DNA of 57,984 nucleotides, filler included, from Ionaspis alba (taxonomy: Eukaryota): NCBI GenBank assembly GCA_964255285.1. It is 6 parts of 6 records of this genome, joined end to end, with 100 filler letters (N's around TTAATTAATTAA, not from the genome) between each part and the next. Parts side by side here need not be neighbours in the genome. Positions count along the whole stretch, not along the records: positions 9,714 to 19,321 come from CAXUUL010000662.1; positions 19,422 to 29,006 come from CAXUUL010000663.1; 4 more parts are not named here. One strand, 5' to 3'. Below, piece by piece: positions 12,370-23,177 of the stretch. The number at the start of each line of letters is the position of its first letter. Within the stretch, counting starts at the first letter, position 1. The position numbers and the translations under genes were made by a program. The notes beneath the pieces were generated by a model, which was not told the DNA's origin, searched no databases, and worked only from the letters and a program-made list of their open reading frames with translations.

Positions 12370-12422
12370 TACTTATCTCAGACAATGGGACTTACACCTT
12401 CTGGTGATGTCTGAGATAAGTA
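12370..12422. repeat. Perfect 15-bp inverted repeat with 23-nt loop
   Basis: TACTTATCTCAGACA (12370-12384) and TGTCTGAGATAAGTA (12408-12422). Confidence 0.85.
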
Positions 12423-13347
12423 ATCAGTCTCTGAACTGACGAACCTAAACCAAAGTTTGCGTTTACTGACCTTACAGAGATAGTTCTATCCCACCTTGCT
12501 CTAGGAATGAGTCTCCAGACATCCTCCTGGCGAAGCTTACCTGGAGATGGAGATTGCCCTCTTTTGGGACCCGTGAATCAATGGAGGGCAACCCAGGGCA
12601 CTCATCGGTTTGATGAAGGCTTTCTTTTCGATTCAATCATATCTTTCAGGTCCCACAAATATCTTCAAGTCTACTTCCAAATGGAAATCGAAGTATGACC
12701 ATGTATGGCGGTGCTTTGAGTCATGCCTGGTAACACATATTGGAAGATGTGCCCGGTCCTGGGATTGTGATCTATCGCTAGTTAGCGCATCATGTTTGCT
12801 TCTATTTACAGTTTGTATATATGATTACTTCAATATATATTGGTCGCTGTCTTTTGCACCTCGGTCGAGTTGCGTTTCGTCTTTCTTGCCGGCATATGGA
12901 CCACGTGATTGGTGGTCAGATTGAATATCTTTCCTCATGCTCACCATAGTATATAGGCTCCGCAAATGGGAACGGACTATAAGTACGCGGAGGTCACCCA
13001 CTGGTAATGAAAACATACTGTCGGTAATTCTCCGCCAGTGGAAATTTTCTTCGCGGGCATGTCGTGCGGCTCGTTTGCTGTGTTGAGCTTGCAGAACCCC
13101 CTTCTGTCAACACACGAAGTCTTGGCGCGGTTTATGACTTGAGCAACACTTTTGGAGCCTGAGTCAGTAACCTTTTCCAACCTTTCTACGTCTTCCATCC
13201 ATCAAACACTCAACATACATTTTCACTTCTTTGTATCGTGGCTGTGCTCCTTTCGACAACAGCATCTATTGCTTCGTTCAAGTCCTGATACATCCAGAAT
13301 TCTGACACTGATCAGCTAACATAAAGTACACGTGCAACACATCGACA

Positions 13348-16300
13348 ATGTCTTGGATCGAGTTGTGCTATTGCACACTCCGAGCAAAGGTACGTAGCTA
13401 TGCTCTTCACTATCCTAAGTTCTATTATTTCAATGTCTATACAAGAACTGCTATCAAGCTCTGGCTGGCACTGTATTCAAAGCCAACCCCACTGTTTATG
13501 ATAACATGATCTGTCAGCCTTTGATACCCGGGAACCACCTCCTAACGTGAACTCCTCTAGGCCGAAAGAGAAGGAGAAGAAACGCTAGCCGGCTCCTCTT
13601 GCCAGATCACGGCAATGTCCAAGGTAAGCTGATCTAACATTATGGCTTGATCTAAGGCCTGAGCTGACTTGTACCAGACCGAAAGTGTTGAGAGCCCCGA
13701 GGACTCTGACAATCTCCTCTACACTATCGAGGCCGGACTGATCAACTTCGACCGGACATGCTCAGCCCAGGCGACCTTCGTGGTACCATGCGAGACACCA
13801 ACGCTGCCCATCTCCGGGTACAACGTGACTTTGGACGAAACAAGCGGGACATATCTTGTTACCATCAAAGTAGACGGGCGGAGTCCTTCAGGTTCATTGG
13901 TATTTGACACTCTATGCTGGCATTCAAAAGCAGTATGACTGACAATGGCTAGGCTACATCTAAAGCAGACGAGCCATTTCTACATCTAGCTGATAGAGCG
14001 GACGAGTGGTTTGATTGGGCAGACGACGTGGAAGAGATGATCGAACAAAAGCAACCTGCTGCAGATCAGGTTGCTGAAATAGAGAACGGCAGTGATACAC
14101 CGCCGACTGACTCCAGTGAGTCTTCAGAATCAGGAGATAGCTCTGAAGCAGTGACCCCAGGAACACCATCATCTATGCACTTCCCGGAAAATGACCCTAC
14201 TACCTGGGACTATCAGCCAAAGATGTCAAATCTAGTCGAATCGCTCGATCTGGCTTGTGCAAGTGACACAATTGTTTACCAGAAGGTCTTGATGTCCAAT
14301 GGTATTCTTGGTTGGCTCGATGCCAAAAATTGCAGCTTCGACCTCCTTACATGGTATTTTTTCGATGTTTTTAAGATTGATGATATCACGGAGGTCAAGT
14401 CAGTGAAGGCCAAGGATCTGGAGCACGTTGCAGAGAGTGCTGAGAAATCAGTACCCGTGAACTGCCCAAGCAATGTGGAGACATCAGGGAAGTCGGATTC
14501 TTTAAACACCTTGTATATGGGTCCACCTGTTCCATGCTCCAGAATAGAACTCGCTGAGGAGCCTTCCATCATCAATGACGATGGCCGGTTTCATCCTCCT
14601 CACCGCAGTCATGTGAAGCCACTTGTCGGCGTCTCACCACTATGGAAATATGAATCTGCAGATGGCGAAGTCAGCTGGCCGGGTCCTCCAAGATGCTACT
14701 TTACAGAACATACAGTCTATGAGGCTGCACACGTACTGTCGTATGTTAGGGACGCGGTTCGGACTTCCAGTTTCGAAATTGTTGAGAGCGTGGACTTCAC
14801 TATGAGTCAAAACGAGATGCTGGCACGTCAGAGCACTGTTAGAATTGACGAAGAGCAGGAAAGTCCTAAGGAGGCTATGGACCAAGAAGACACTTCGGGC
14901 ACTATGTCAAAGGTTGCTCACAAGTCAGATTCTTCAGAAGTGGGCTTGGTGCATGAGCCTGTTATCTTCAGGCCTCGAAATGCCTGTACGCAGACTCTTC
15001 CAAGCAACGACGCTGGAGACGTGGAGCTTTCAAGCTTGGCATCTGAGGATCTCGAGGAGCAGGAATTCTTAGACGCAGATGACGAGGACCCTAGGAAGCT
15101 ACAGCAACGCGAACGTCCGCAAAGCTACATCGGCCATCGAGATGACGGTTTCAATACTCCGGAACATCTTAAAGGGCAATATACGGTCATTGATGAGGAC
15201 TTTCGCTCTCCTGAACGTTCCCCTATCTTAGCAGGCGGAGTATTCAATAGGATCAGCCGTCGGAGACTCTCGATACCGAATCTAATGATCATTGAAGAGG
15301 CATCCGAGGCTGAGCGGGAATCAGATACGGAAGAGGATAAGCCAGAAAAGAATGATGAAGACTTCGATGAAGCAGGAGACGTAATTTCTGCAGTCGAGTC
15401 TCGTGAGGAATCATGGTCCAATGACGGCGCCTACGCATTTGGCCGTACTTTTGAATGCCAAACGTCGGTTGATGATCACAGCTCTGGCTTGTTAGCGCAA
15501 GAGGTGCCTGTCAAACATGAAATAAATGATGAAGACACGGATCTGGACGATACATATTTTTACACTTCCAGTCCGCAAAGTACAGCAGAAGAATTATTGT
15601 ATAGCTCATGCGATAAAGCTTCATGGGTTGATGAGGCAGTCAACGAGGCAGAACAACAGAACATGCATGCTGAAGACCAGCTTGAGCTAATCGAAAGAGC
15701 TGCTGAGATCCCGTCAATCGAATCAATCCTGGCACGCCTACGCTACACCTGCATCCCTAAGGTTGTGGTAACGTCTCCTGACTCCGAGGATGACGTGGGA
15801 AAGCAGCCGACCGGTTCCTTTGGCGTTGGGAGAACAGTGCCTGTTGCGCTCCGCACCTACGATGACTTCTTGACAGAGGCTTTACAGCAGATCGTTGCTG
15901 AAGATCTGGAACCAGATTCTGTTTCGTTGCCATCCACTGTTTCAGGCGAGCGAGATCCGACGCAGTACGCATTAGATGAGGTACAGAACTTCGAGCTTGG
16001 GGAGACCACCAACCGTCTTGCATCTTGTATGGTTGAGTTTGAATCTCCCACGGTCAAGCCAATACAAGACAGGACGACAGGTGCCCCTGTTAATGACATC
16101 GCTATTAAGGACATTGTTGAGGCCAAAACTTTCGACACTGCTGCTCTCAATCTACCCGGAAACAAGAAGGCTTTCAGGAGTCCGGACGAGTATCAGCCGG
16201 AAGAGGGCCTCAGCAACATCGAAGGAGAAACAAGTTGTTCCCTAGGTATAGATGCAGCACCCGTCTTCCTTAACAGTGAAGCAAAACATGACAACCATTT

Positions 16301-16439
16301 GCTTGAATACGACGAACCTACGGATCTCCCCTTGGAATTGAGCTTCAACGAGTTCTTCTTTGGCACCTCTACCATTGCTATCGGCCACAAAGCGATAGAG
16401 CTCGGGAGATCTGTATGGGAGAATTGCTTGAAGTGGTAG
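13348..16439 (+). CDS. Large acidic, probably disordered protein of unknown function, 4 exons
   Basis: Exons 13348-13389, 13561-13623 and ~13678-13899 splice in phase 0 (GTACGT, GTAAGC and GTATTT donors) into the 803-aa ORF ending at 16439. No recognisable domain. Confidence 0.7.
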
Positions 16440-16920
16440 AGGCGTCAGAGGTCCAGGAGGATTGGAGGTATGTGGAGCTAATTCGGGAATCGAAGATCCA
16501 TTGCAGAGATTATCTACAGATGGGACGGGTGCTAGCACCCTACACTGAATAGGTTGAGAGCAACTTGCGAAGGACGTTGCCTTCTTGAATAATAAGAATT
16601 TGATAGATACGTAGCGGAGTGCTCGCCACTATTTGTTGAGGATCATCTTTTAGTTGTATCGAGCTGGCGGCTTGGAGTTGGAAGATATGTTCCGAATGCG
16701 CTTCATACATCACCGGAGGTCGATCACGGCTCGCGTGATATGAGAGAGGGAAACCCCTGAAGTCATATATAACATTGAGACGACCATAAATGTCTTTTTT
16801 TCTTCTCTTGGTATTGTCTATTGCAAGCTGCCCTTGAATCGTAACAATCGCGAAGTGTTTTATTTGAGAATCGGGTGAAAGTCGGGCCTTTGAAAACACA
16901 AAGACGCGACAGTTGAAAGG

Positions 16921-16926
16921 AAAAAA
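16921..16926 (-). terminator. Pol III oligo-T terminator of tRNA-Gln
   Basis: TTTTTT on the minus strand starting 14 nt after the discriminator base. Confidence 0.7.
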
Positions 16927-16939
16927 GGGCAAAATTAAG

Positions 16940-17093
16940 AGGTCTCGCCGAGAGTCGAACTCAGGTTACTGGAAGATTTCGATATGGATATTGGATACCC
17001 CTTCAAAATCCAGTGTGATAACCACTCTAGAAAACGAGTTTTAGCTTGAGAATTGAGGTAAATCAAGTGGATGCGCTCACACACTACGAAACC
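16940..17093 (-). tRNA. tRNA-Gln(TTG) interrupted by a 54-nt GT-AG spliceosomal-type intron (17027-17080) and a 28-nt canonical tRNA intron (16975-17002)
   Basis: Spliced: GGTTTCG TA GTG T^AGTGGTTAT CAC A CTGGA TTTTGA^T TCCAG TAAC CTGAG TTCGACT CTCGG CGAGACC T. All four stems pair; T6 run follows at 16921-16926. Confidence 0.85.
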
Positions 17094-17442
17094 CACGTCT
17101 TCAATTTTGCGAGGTTCGTATTTCAAATAACAGAGGGAAAAAATGGAGGAAAATGTACAATTTGCTTTGAAAGATTTTGGCCGCCGAATCAGTGTTCACG
17201 AAATATAGTTCGACGAAAACATTATTCACTGCTTCCCTACGAAGCAAATCTAGTTCTCAGCCATATCCTATGGAGGTCATATGGAGGCTACCCCATTAAC
17301 TCCTTACTGTCTTGGCAAGCAGATATTGGTTGATATTGGTTCTACAATTTTGTACGATGTGCCAACAGGCATAGATCGACTCTAAATGACACCTACTGTT
17401 GTGGCAACCTCCCTTCCATCATCTGCGACAACTTCCAAGTCC

Positions 17443-18530
17443 TCAGGAACGGCTGATCGGAAACTTGTTGTTGATTCCTGCGTTACCAACCATTGCAGAA
17501 ATATTCATAAGCCTGGTCTTGTGAGTGCACTCTTGTGGCATCAGCTCACACTTAATAGTGCCATCTTCTTCTTTGACCGCGCTGTATGTTCTCCGAAACA
17601 GATATTCGCAGATGCTCCGTTCAGCGTGCGTACCATAAACAGTTTGCAAGATAGTACGCGCAGCTTTCAGATCTTTCTGATAAAAAATATAGCGCCATTC
17701 GTCCGGGAAACAAGGATGCTTAGGGTCTATATCCACGCCACGGTTCTCCACGTCGTCATAGTCGTCTCGTTCAGGTTTCACACTGGTCATAGTGCTTGAC
17801 CCACAGTGTGCCCACTATAGTTGTCTCCCAGGGCGGTAGGATCGTAGAAAACCAGGAGTCTGAAATGCAGATAATACCGCATAGTGTTGTCTCCCCACTG
17901 CTTCATAACTTGCCTGGGGAGACATATCAGGATAGGCCGATGGAGGCCCGGTGCTCATCCGTCTCTTGATGGAACATCCGATAGTAAGACATGAATAACA
18001 GACACATATGGATCTTCCTTAGACCGGTTTGGTCTACAACTATTCATTTTTGCACTGGAAGATGTTGCAACTGCTCTAAAGCTCTGGCTACCTCTGGTGA
18101 TTGGGGGACGAGCCCATTTGTGTCAGTCGTGAAAGGCTCGTCGTACACTATCGACGTCCATAGCGGCCAGACATTTGACCATGTCTCTCGAGGCAACTTA
18201 TTGGAACAGAGAACGTTTTCCATGTTCACAACGACAATAGCTTTTCAGTCTTTGATCTTCAGATCTGACAGCTCTGCAAAAGCGGCTATAGTGACTAGAA
18301 GCTGTACAGATCATCAGTAGATTTAGATGTCAAGAATATATAATCCAGATATGCTAGCAATCACAGGTGCAACAGGCAGGAGATGGTTGGCTATAGTCGC
18401 TCAGAGCCCAATGGCCCCTTCTCCACGAGCCAAACATTGAAGGTCGCCAGCGTGAACGCTGGATCTAAAACATGTAACCCCTTGGAGACTAGTTTCCGAA
18501 CATTGAACAGAGAATAGAGATCCATTGAGG
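17443..18530 (-). pseudogene. Possible decayed gene of unknown family
   Basis: Coding-like minus-strand segments broken by in-frame stops (...DLKIKD*KAIVVVNMENVL...PVQK*IVVDQ...), with a splice acceptor near 18295. Confidence 0.3.
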
Positions 18531-20489
18531 GCGTCACATATAGATGTATCGAACAGAAAGTACCTAAACGAGTATTGGAATGGAAGATTGTATCTTTACA
18601 GCGAAGCAGTATAACTGTCACGAACATGTGATGCATTGAAGATCTAGTTTGCGTGCTGGAGGTCGCTGCGTAAGAGTTACACGAGAGCCAAATATACAGG
18701 AAGAAGGAGCCCAGCCTTATTGGTAGAGTGGCCAGATACAGAGAGACTTCCGACAACACGTTAAAAGTGACAGACCATAGACGAACAGACCAAATGGAAA
18801 CTCAAGCTCTTTCACAGGGTGCTGTCTGTCACTGCAGAAGAAGGCACAGTGCTCACGGCTCTCGCTAAGCAGCCCAGATACATGAGATACGGCAATGCAG
18901 TAGATATGAATTTGGCTAAAGGTATGAGGATGCTCCCTCCAGAGATTCGTGGAGCTGTTGAAGGTCAAAAAATGTCGAAATCCTGGGCAAGCGAGGGTCC
19001 GAGTCCGAGATCAGGAAAATTTGCACGTAATATTTGTGTTTTCTTATCTGCTCCGACATCTGAATTTTGAAAAATCTCTGCTCAGCAAATCTGACAAAAT
19101 TCGAGAAGCTCCGTACCTGATAACACCAATCACATGCAGTCCAAGACCCATCGAGTACACCCCAAGCCTGGACTCCGACACTCTTCTCGCGACTTCTCCC
19201 TACACCTACTGAAATTCCCCAAATTCACCATCGTCGAATCCCAGTTCCGCCATTGATTTGCCCTCCAAGCTTACCTGACCACCAAAGCCATCTCTACTCC
19301 TCCTCTTCTCCTTCATATCTTNNNNNNNNNNNNNNNNNNNNNNNNNNNNNNNNNNNNNNNNNNNNTTAATTAATTAANNNNNNNNNNNNNNNNNNNNNNN
19401 NNNNNNNNNNNNNNNNNNNNNAGCATCGGTCACGTCACCACTGTAGCACATAGTGCACAATTGAGCAAGAATCGACGACAGTTCTGAGAAGCCCGCGAAC
19501 GGAAAGTTCTGTTCACTATCCCTGCGTCCACGTCATTTCATAAGAATAGAAGTCAGAAATCATGTTGTAGAAGTGCAAAAGCTACGGATTACTTTGGATC
19601 TTTCCTCGTTGACGCGGTGTAGCTCTACTCGCTCGTAAGTGTCTAGTAGGTGAAGCATATCTGCAGATACCTGACATATCACCATGAGTTTACGACATCC
19701 TCCGATTAGGGCTGCCTGAATACTCCCGGCAGTGTATACAGTCCTCGATAGCCATATATCTTTGTTTCCCATCCTCTGATTCCATTTTATTTCGTACTTT
19801 CCAAATCGACGTTCCCAGGCCGACATCCTCTTGCTGCTTCAGAACCATTCCGTCGTCTTACCATGACGGCATCTCCAAACCCCCAACCTTATCTCAGCTG
19901 TAGTTCCTTCAGAAATAGCATGCACCAGCATACTCATGACCAGTGTTCTTGACCTTCTACAGCTCTTCGTCCTCCTGGGCTTCCTCCCCCACCAAAGCCA
20001 GTGGCACCAGCCGCGGCTCCTCTCAATATGCCATAGTGGCGCACTCGTCGAAGAGAACTACCCTTTCCTAGTGGCCCTTAGCACCATGGTGTCCCGCACC
20101 GTCCACGACGGCCCCGCCCGGTGCAGTCCCATATCCATACTGCAAGCACATCGTCTGCTGCCCTAGTCGGTGGGACTCTATTAATATCTGTCTTTTCACC
20201 GATGTGGATGTTTCAGAGACGGGCGTTTCGCGCTTTCGGTGCCATGGAGGCATTGTAACGGCTCGTCAAATAAAAATGTCATGGTTGGTGGGGGCTGGCC
20301 TGTTCCGGTGAGTTATGGTCCGAAGGAGGGCGGAGTTCAGACGATCAATTCTGCGATGTGCGGTTGTCAACAATGTCTGTCTGAGGCATGGTGGGGACTC
20401 GAGAGAGCCACGGGAGAATTACAAATCGGGATCCCGGAATCGGAATTGAGGTGCGTCGTCAAGATATCTTGAAGAGTTATCCTCATGAA

Positions 20490-20760
20490 TTCTGTTCCCC
20501 TCCATGCATTAGAGTCCAACATGAAAAATCTTGGTCAACCTCAGTCATCTCCCATTGCAAGGGAACGGAGCTCTAGCATCAGGGTTTCCCCACGTACAAG
20601 AAATAGCTTCGTACTCCTACAGGTAGTTCCAGTCCACAATATATAGCAAGCACGCGACAGGATCCTTCCCTATTCCAGGTAGATGCAAAACCTTCTAAAC
20701 GATATCACGCTAGGCAGATCATCGTGCTGGTGTGGATCTAGGAGATGCTCAAATTCATTG
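20490..20760 (-). pseudogene. HET-domain (heterokaryon incompatibility, PF06985-type) pseudogene fragment
   Basis: DLPSVISFRR/(frameshift)HLPGIGKDPVACLLYIVDWNYL*EYEAISCTWGNPDARAPFPCNGR*LRLTKIFHVGL* resembles the HET N-terminal consensus (..YEALSYTWG..NG..L.IT.NL..AL). Stops at 20617, 20545 and 20509. Confidence 0.72.
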
Positions 20761-20996
20761 GGCATCCCAAGGATTCTATTTCGACCCGATATTGATAGTC
20801 CAGCAGATGTGCTCATGAATTATACCGCCATAGCCTGTTGTGTTGACCGACCATCCACGGCATAATGAAATGCTGTAGTATGAAGAAAGGTGTTTTGTAG
20901 TACTGCCCCCCGTCAAGGAGCGGGATCCTGACACTGATGCGATTGAGAACAGGAGAAGCCTCGGCGTAGATCCGACGATTCGTGCAAACAGTATAC

Positions 20997-21800
20997 TCAG
21001 TCTTCGTTCGTCAACCTCTCGTGAAGCCGCTCAAGGTATTTCGCAGGTATGTCGCCTTTCACAAGCACACTTCGAACCTTTCTAAGAGCCTGCAATCCTC
21101 GGAAAATGCCTTTCTCTTCCAAGATAGCAAGGAGGCCGCTATAAACTTCGTCATAATGCTTGACATTACCATATACTTTATTATGATGATCCAGGCTCAA
21201 GCAGAGCGATTTTCCGGAAGTCGTCCCGATGATATTTGAGCCACTCGCGTCTTTCTTGAGGATGGTGATCAAAGTCTTCAAAAAGGAAACAAGATAGCCT
21301 TCATCCCGCTCCAAGAACTTCCTAAAGTATCCTTGCCAGACAATCTCGATTTCGATATTCACAAGCCGCCTTAGTATACGCTCATGGATGATCCCTATTC
21401 TTCCCAGTGGATTGAATGACTGACCGCTCCGAAGCACAAGGTCGTGGCCAGGACCTTCGTCTCTTCTAACAATGTGGGGCCTACGGCGAGTATAGAAACC
21501 AGACGGAAAGGGGATGACCGCCTTGTTATGGGCGTAGAGAGAAACAATTGCTTCGTCGTGTATCTGATGGCTGACGCGTAGGATATTAGTCATGACAAAG
21601 CACTGGTGTTGCTGATATTGTTGGCCCCATATTTTGAGCTGCTTATCATCAGCCGAGATGAGGAGAAGGTTGTAGATCATTCGTCTCAGCTCCAGGGGTA
21701 ATTTGAGGAAGTCAAAGGTCGAACTTCGAGAGCTGGTAATGACCTTTGATGGACGATGCGTGGTAGTTCTACTCCGTTTCGATCCTCGACGAGTGGCCAT
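20997..21800 (-). CDS. F-box-like fungal hypothetical protein (paralogue 1)
   Basis: FDFLKLPLELRRMIYNLLL and TNILRVSHQIHDEAIVSLYAHN motifs; intronless 267-aa ORF. Confidence 0.75.
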   Translation of the reverse strand: MATRRGSKRSRTTTHRPSKVITSSRSSTFDFLKLPLELRRMIYNLLLISADDKQLKIWGQQYQQHQCFVMTNILRVSHQIHDEAIVSLYAHNKAVIPFPSGFYTRRRPHIVRRDEGPGHDLVLRSGQSFNPLGRIGIIHERILRRLVNIEIEIVWQGYFRKFLERDEGYLVSFLKTLITILKKDASGSNIIGTTSGKSLCLSLDHHNKVYGNVKHYDEVYSGLLAILEEKGIFRGLQALRKVRSVLVKGDIPAKYLERLHERLTNED

Positions 21801-22472
21801 TGTGGAGAATCAAGTCGCTCTAGGTGCCGCCGCTGGTCTAGCATTGCATTAGCTACAATGCTTGTCGAAACGGTCGGGTCAGCGACTAATCTTGAAGTGG
21901 GTGATTCGAAACAAGTAGAGGTAAGTGAATGTGTATGAACCAAACTAGCAGCGACAGCTCAGAAAAGTTACGCAAGCGCTCCAATGACGTGATGTGTGGT
22001 TCAAACAACATCTACTAGCGAGACGGGGGAAGATCCAGATGTGTACAGACGCCAGAGGACGGGAGGGATCAAATCCAAACGGCAGAGTATATCTGTACAC
22101 TAGGAGGTTACGATAGAAAGAGTTGAATGTCGAAGTGATTACAAGAGAGAGTTGGATATCATGAGCAACATAGAAAGATATATAGACGCTGAGGACGATC
22201 CTTAGGGCACAGGCAACAGCAAGCTCAGTATCGCCTAAGTCATCCTCTGGCAGACAAACGCTAACGGCAATAGGCCTAGCCCTCCCGGCTGCCTGCTTTG
22301 ATAGTCCAGATTCCAACGTCACGGCATGGATTGTGCCAGGGGTGGTCTTCAGCAAGACTGTCTTGACAGACGAAATTTGTCACAACCGGTGCTTCATGGT
22401 AGAGGGCAATGACTTTTACCAATCCCATGTGTAAAGTGCCGGAGCCTGGCAGACTAATCTCTAAATCTAAAG

Positions 22473-23177
22473 TTACTCCTCCAGAAGCATTGCATTGGCA
22501 GCTTCACGCAAATCAGATGAGAAGTCCCTGACTCTTGCTAGTCTCTTCAGAGACCTGATGATTCCTTTCTCAATCAAAGCAACCTCGATCACCTCTTCAA
22601 GTTCATCTTCCCGTCCCAACATGACTCTCCTGTAACACTCTTCAATGGTTAACAAGAAGCTCTTCGCAAGATCGCCATTCCCATTCCGGATTACCTCCTT
22701 GTCCTTTGCCAGCGCATTGATGAGCGCAATGAGATGGCGGATCAAGAACCCGCGAGCATAAACAACCCCTTTCTTCTCAACTCCATATACTCCAATCTTG
22801 AGTTCAATCCGAGTCAGACGTTGCAGCCCACCGAGGGATATGAGTTCAGAATCATCCAAAGTATCGATTTCGAAGCCGCTTCGCAACGTACGGATGCCAC
22901 CACTATTGGGCTTTCGGATGACCCTTGGTTTCTGAAAGGTGTGATGATAGAAGTAGAGCGGGATCTGGATGGCATTCTTCGAGTACAGGATGCGCGAGGC
23001 TTCGAGGCAGACTTGGCGATTGACCCGGAGAATGTTTGTCTGAATCCGGCAGAAGAGTTGCTTAGGGTAGGCGCTTGAGAGCTGCAAGCGTCGGCCTTTA
23101 CGAGCAACGAGAAGGTAGACATAGACCATCTCTCGCAGCTCGGGTGGGAGGCTCAAAAAGGGAAAGACCGGAGACAT
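22473..23177 (-). CDS. F-box-like fungal hypothetical protein (paralogue 2)
   Basis: FPFLSLPPELREMVYVYLL and TNILRVNRQVCLEASRILYSKN; collinear with paralogue 1. Confidence 0.75.
   Translation of the reverse strand: MSPVFPFLSLPPELREMVYVYLLVARKGRRLQLSSAYPKQLFCRIQTNILRVNRQVCLEASRILYSKNAIQIPLYFYHHTFQKPRVIRKPNSGGIRTLRSGFEIDTLDDSELISLGGLQRLTRIELKIGVYGVEKKGVVYARGFLIRHLIALINALAKDKEVIRNGNGDLAKSFLLTIEECYRRVMLGREDELEEVIEVALIEKGIIRSLKRLARVRDFSSDLREAANAMLLEE

Noticed and set aside
13270..13290. B-box-like GTTCAAGTCC (and GGTTCAAAT near 10192) as further tRNA genes
   Set aside because: No convincing T stem, acceptor stem or anticodon arm could be built around them.
16940..17030. Reading the tRNA-Gln as a simple 5'-truncated pseudogene
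   Set aside because: The missing 13 nt are present intact 54 nt upstream and pair with the 3' acceptor strand.
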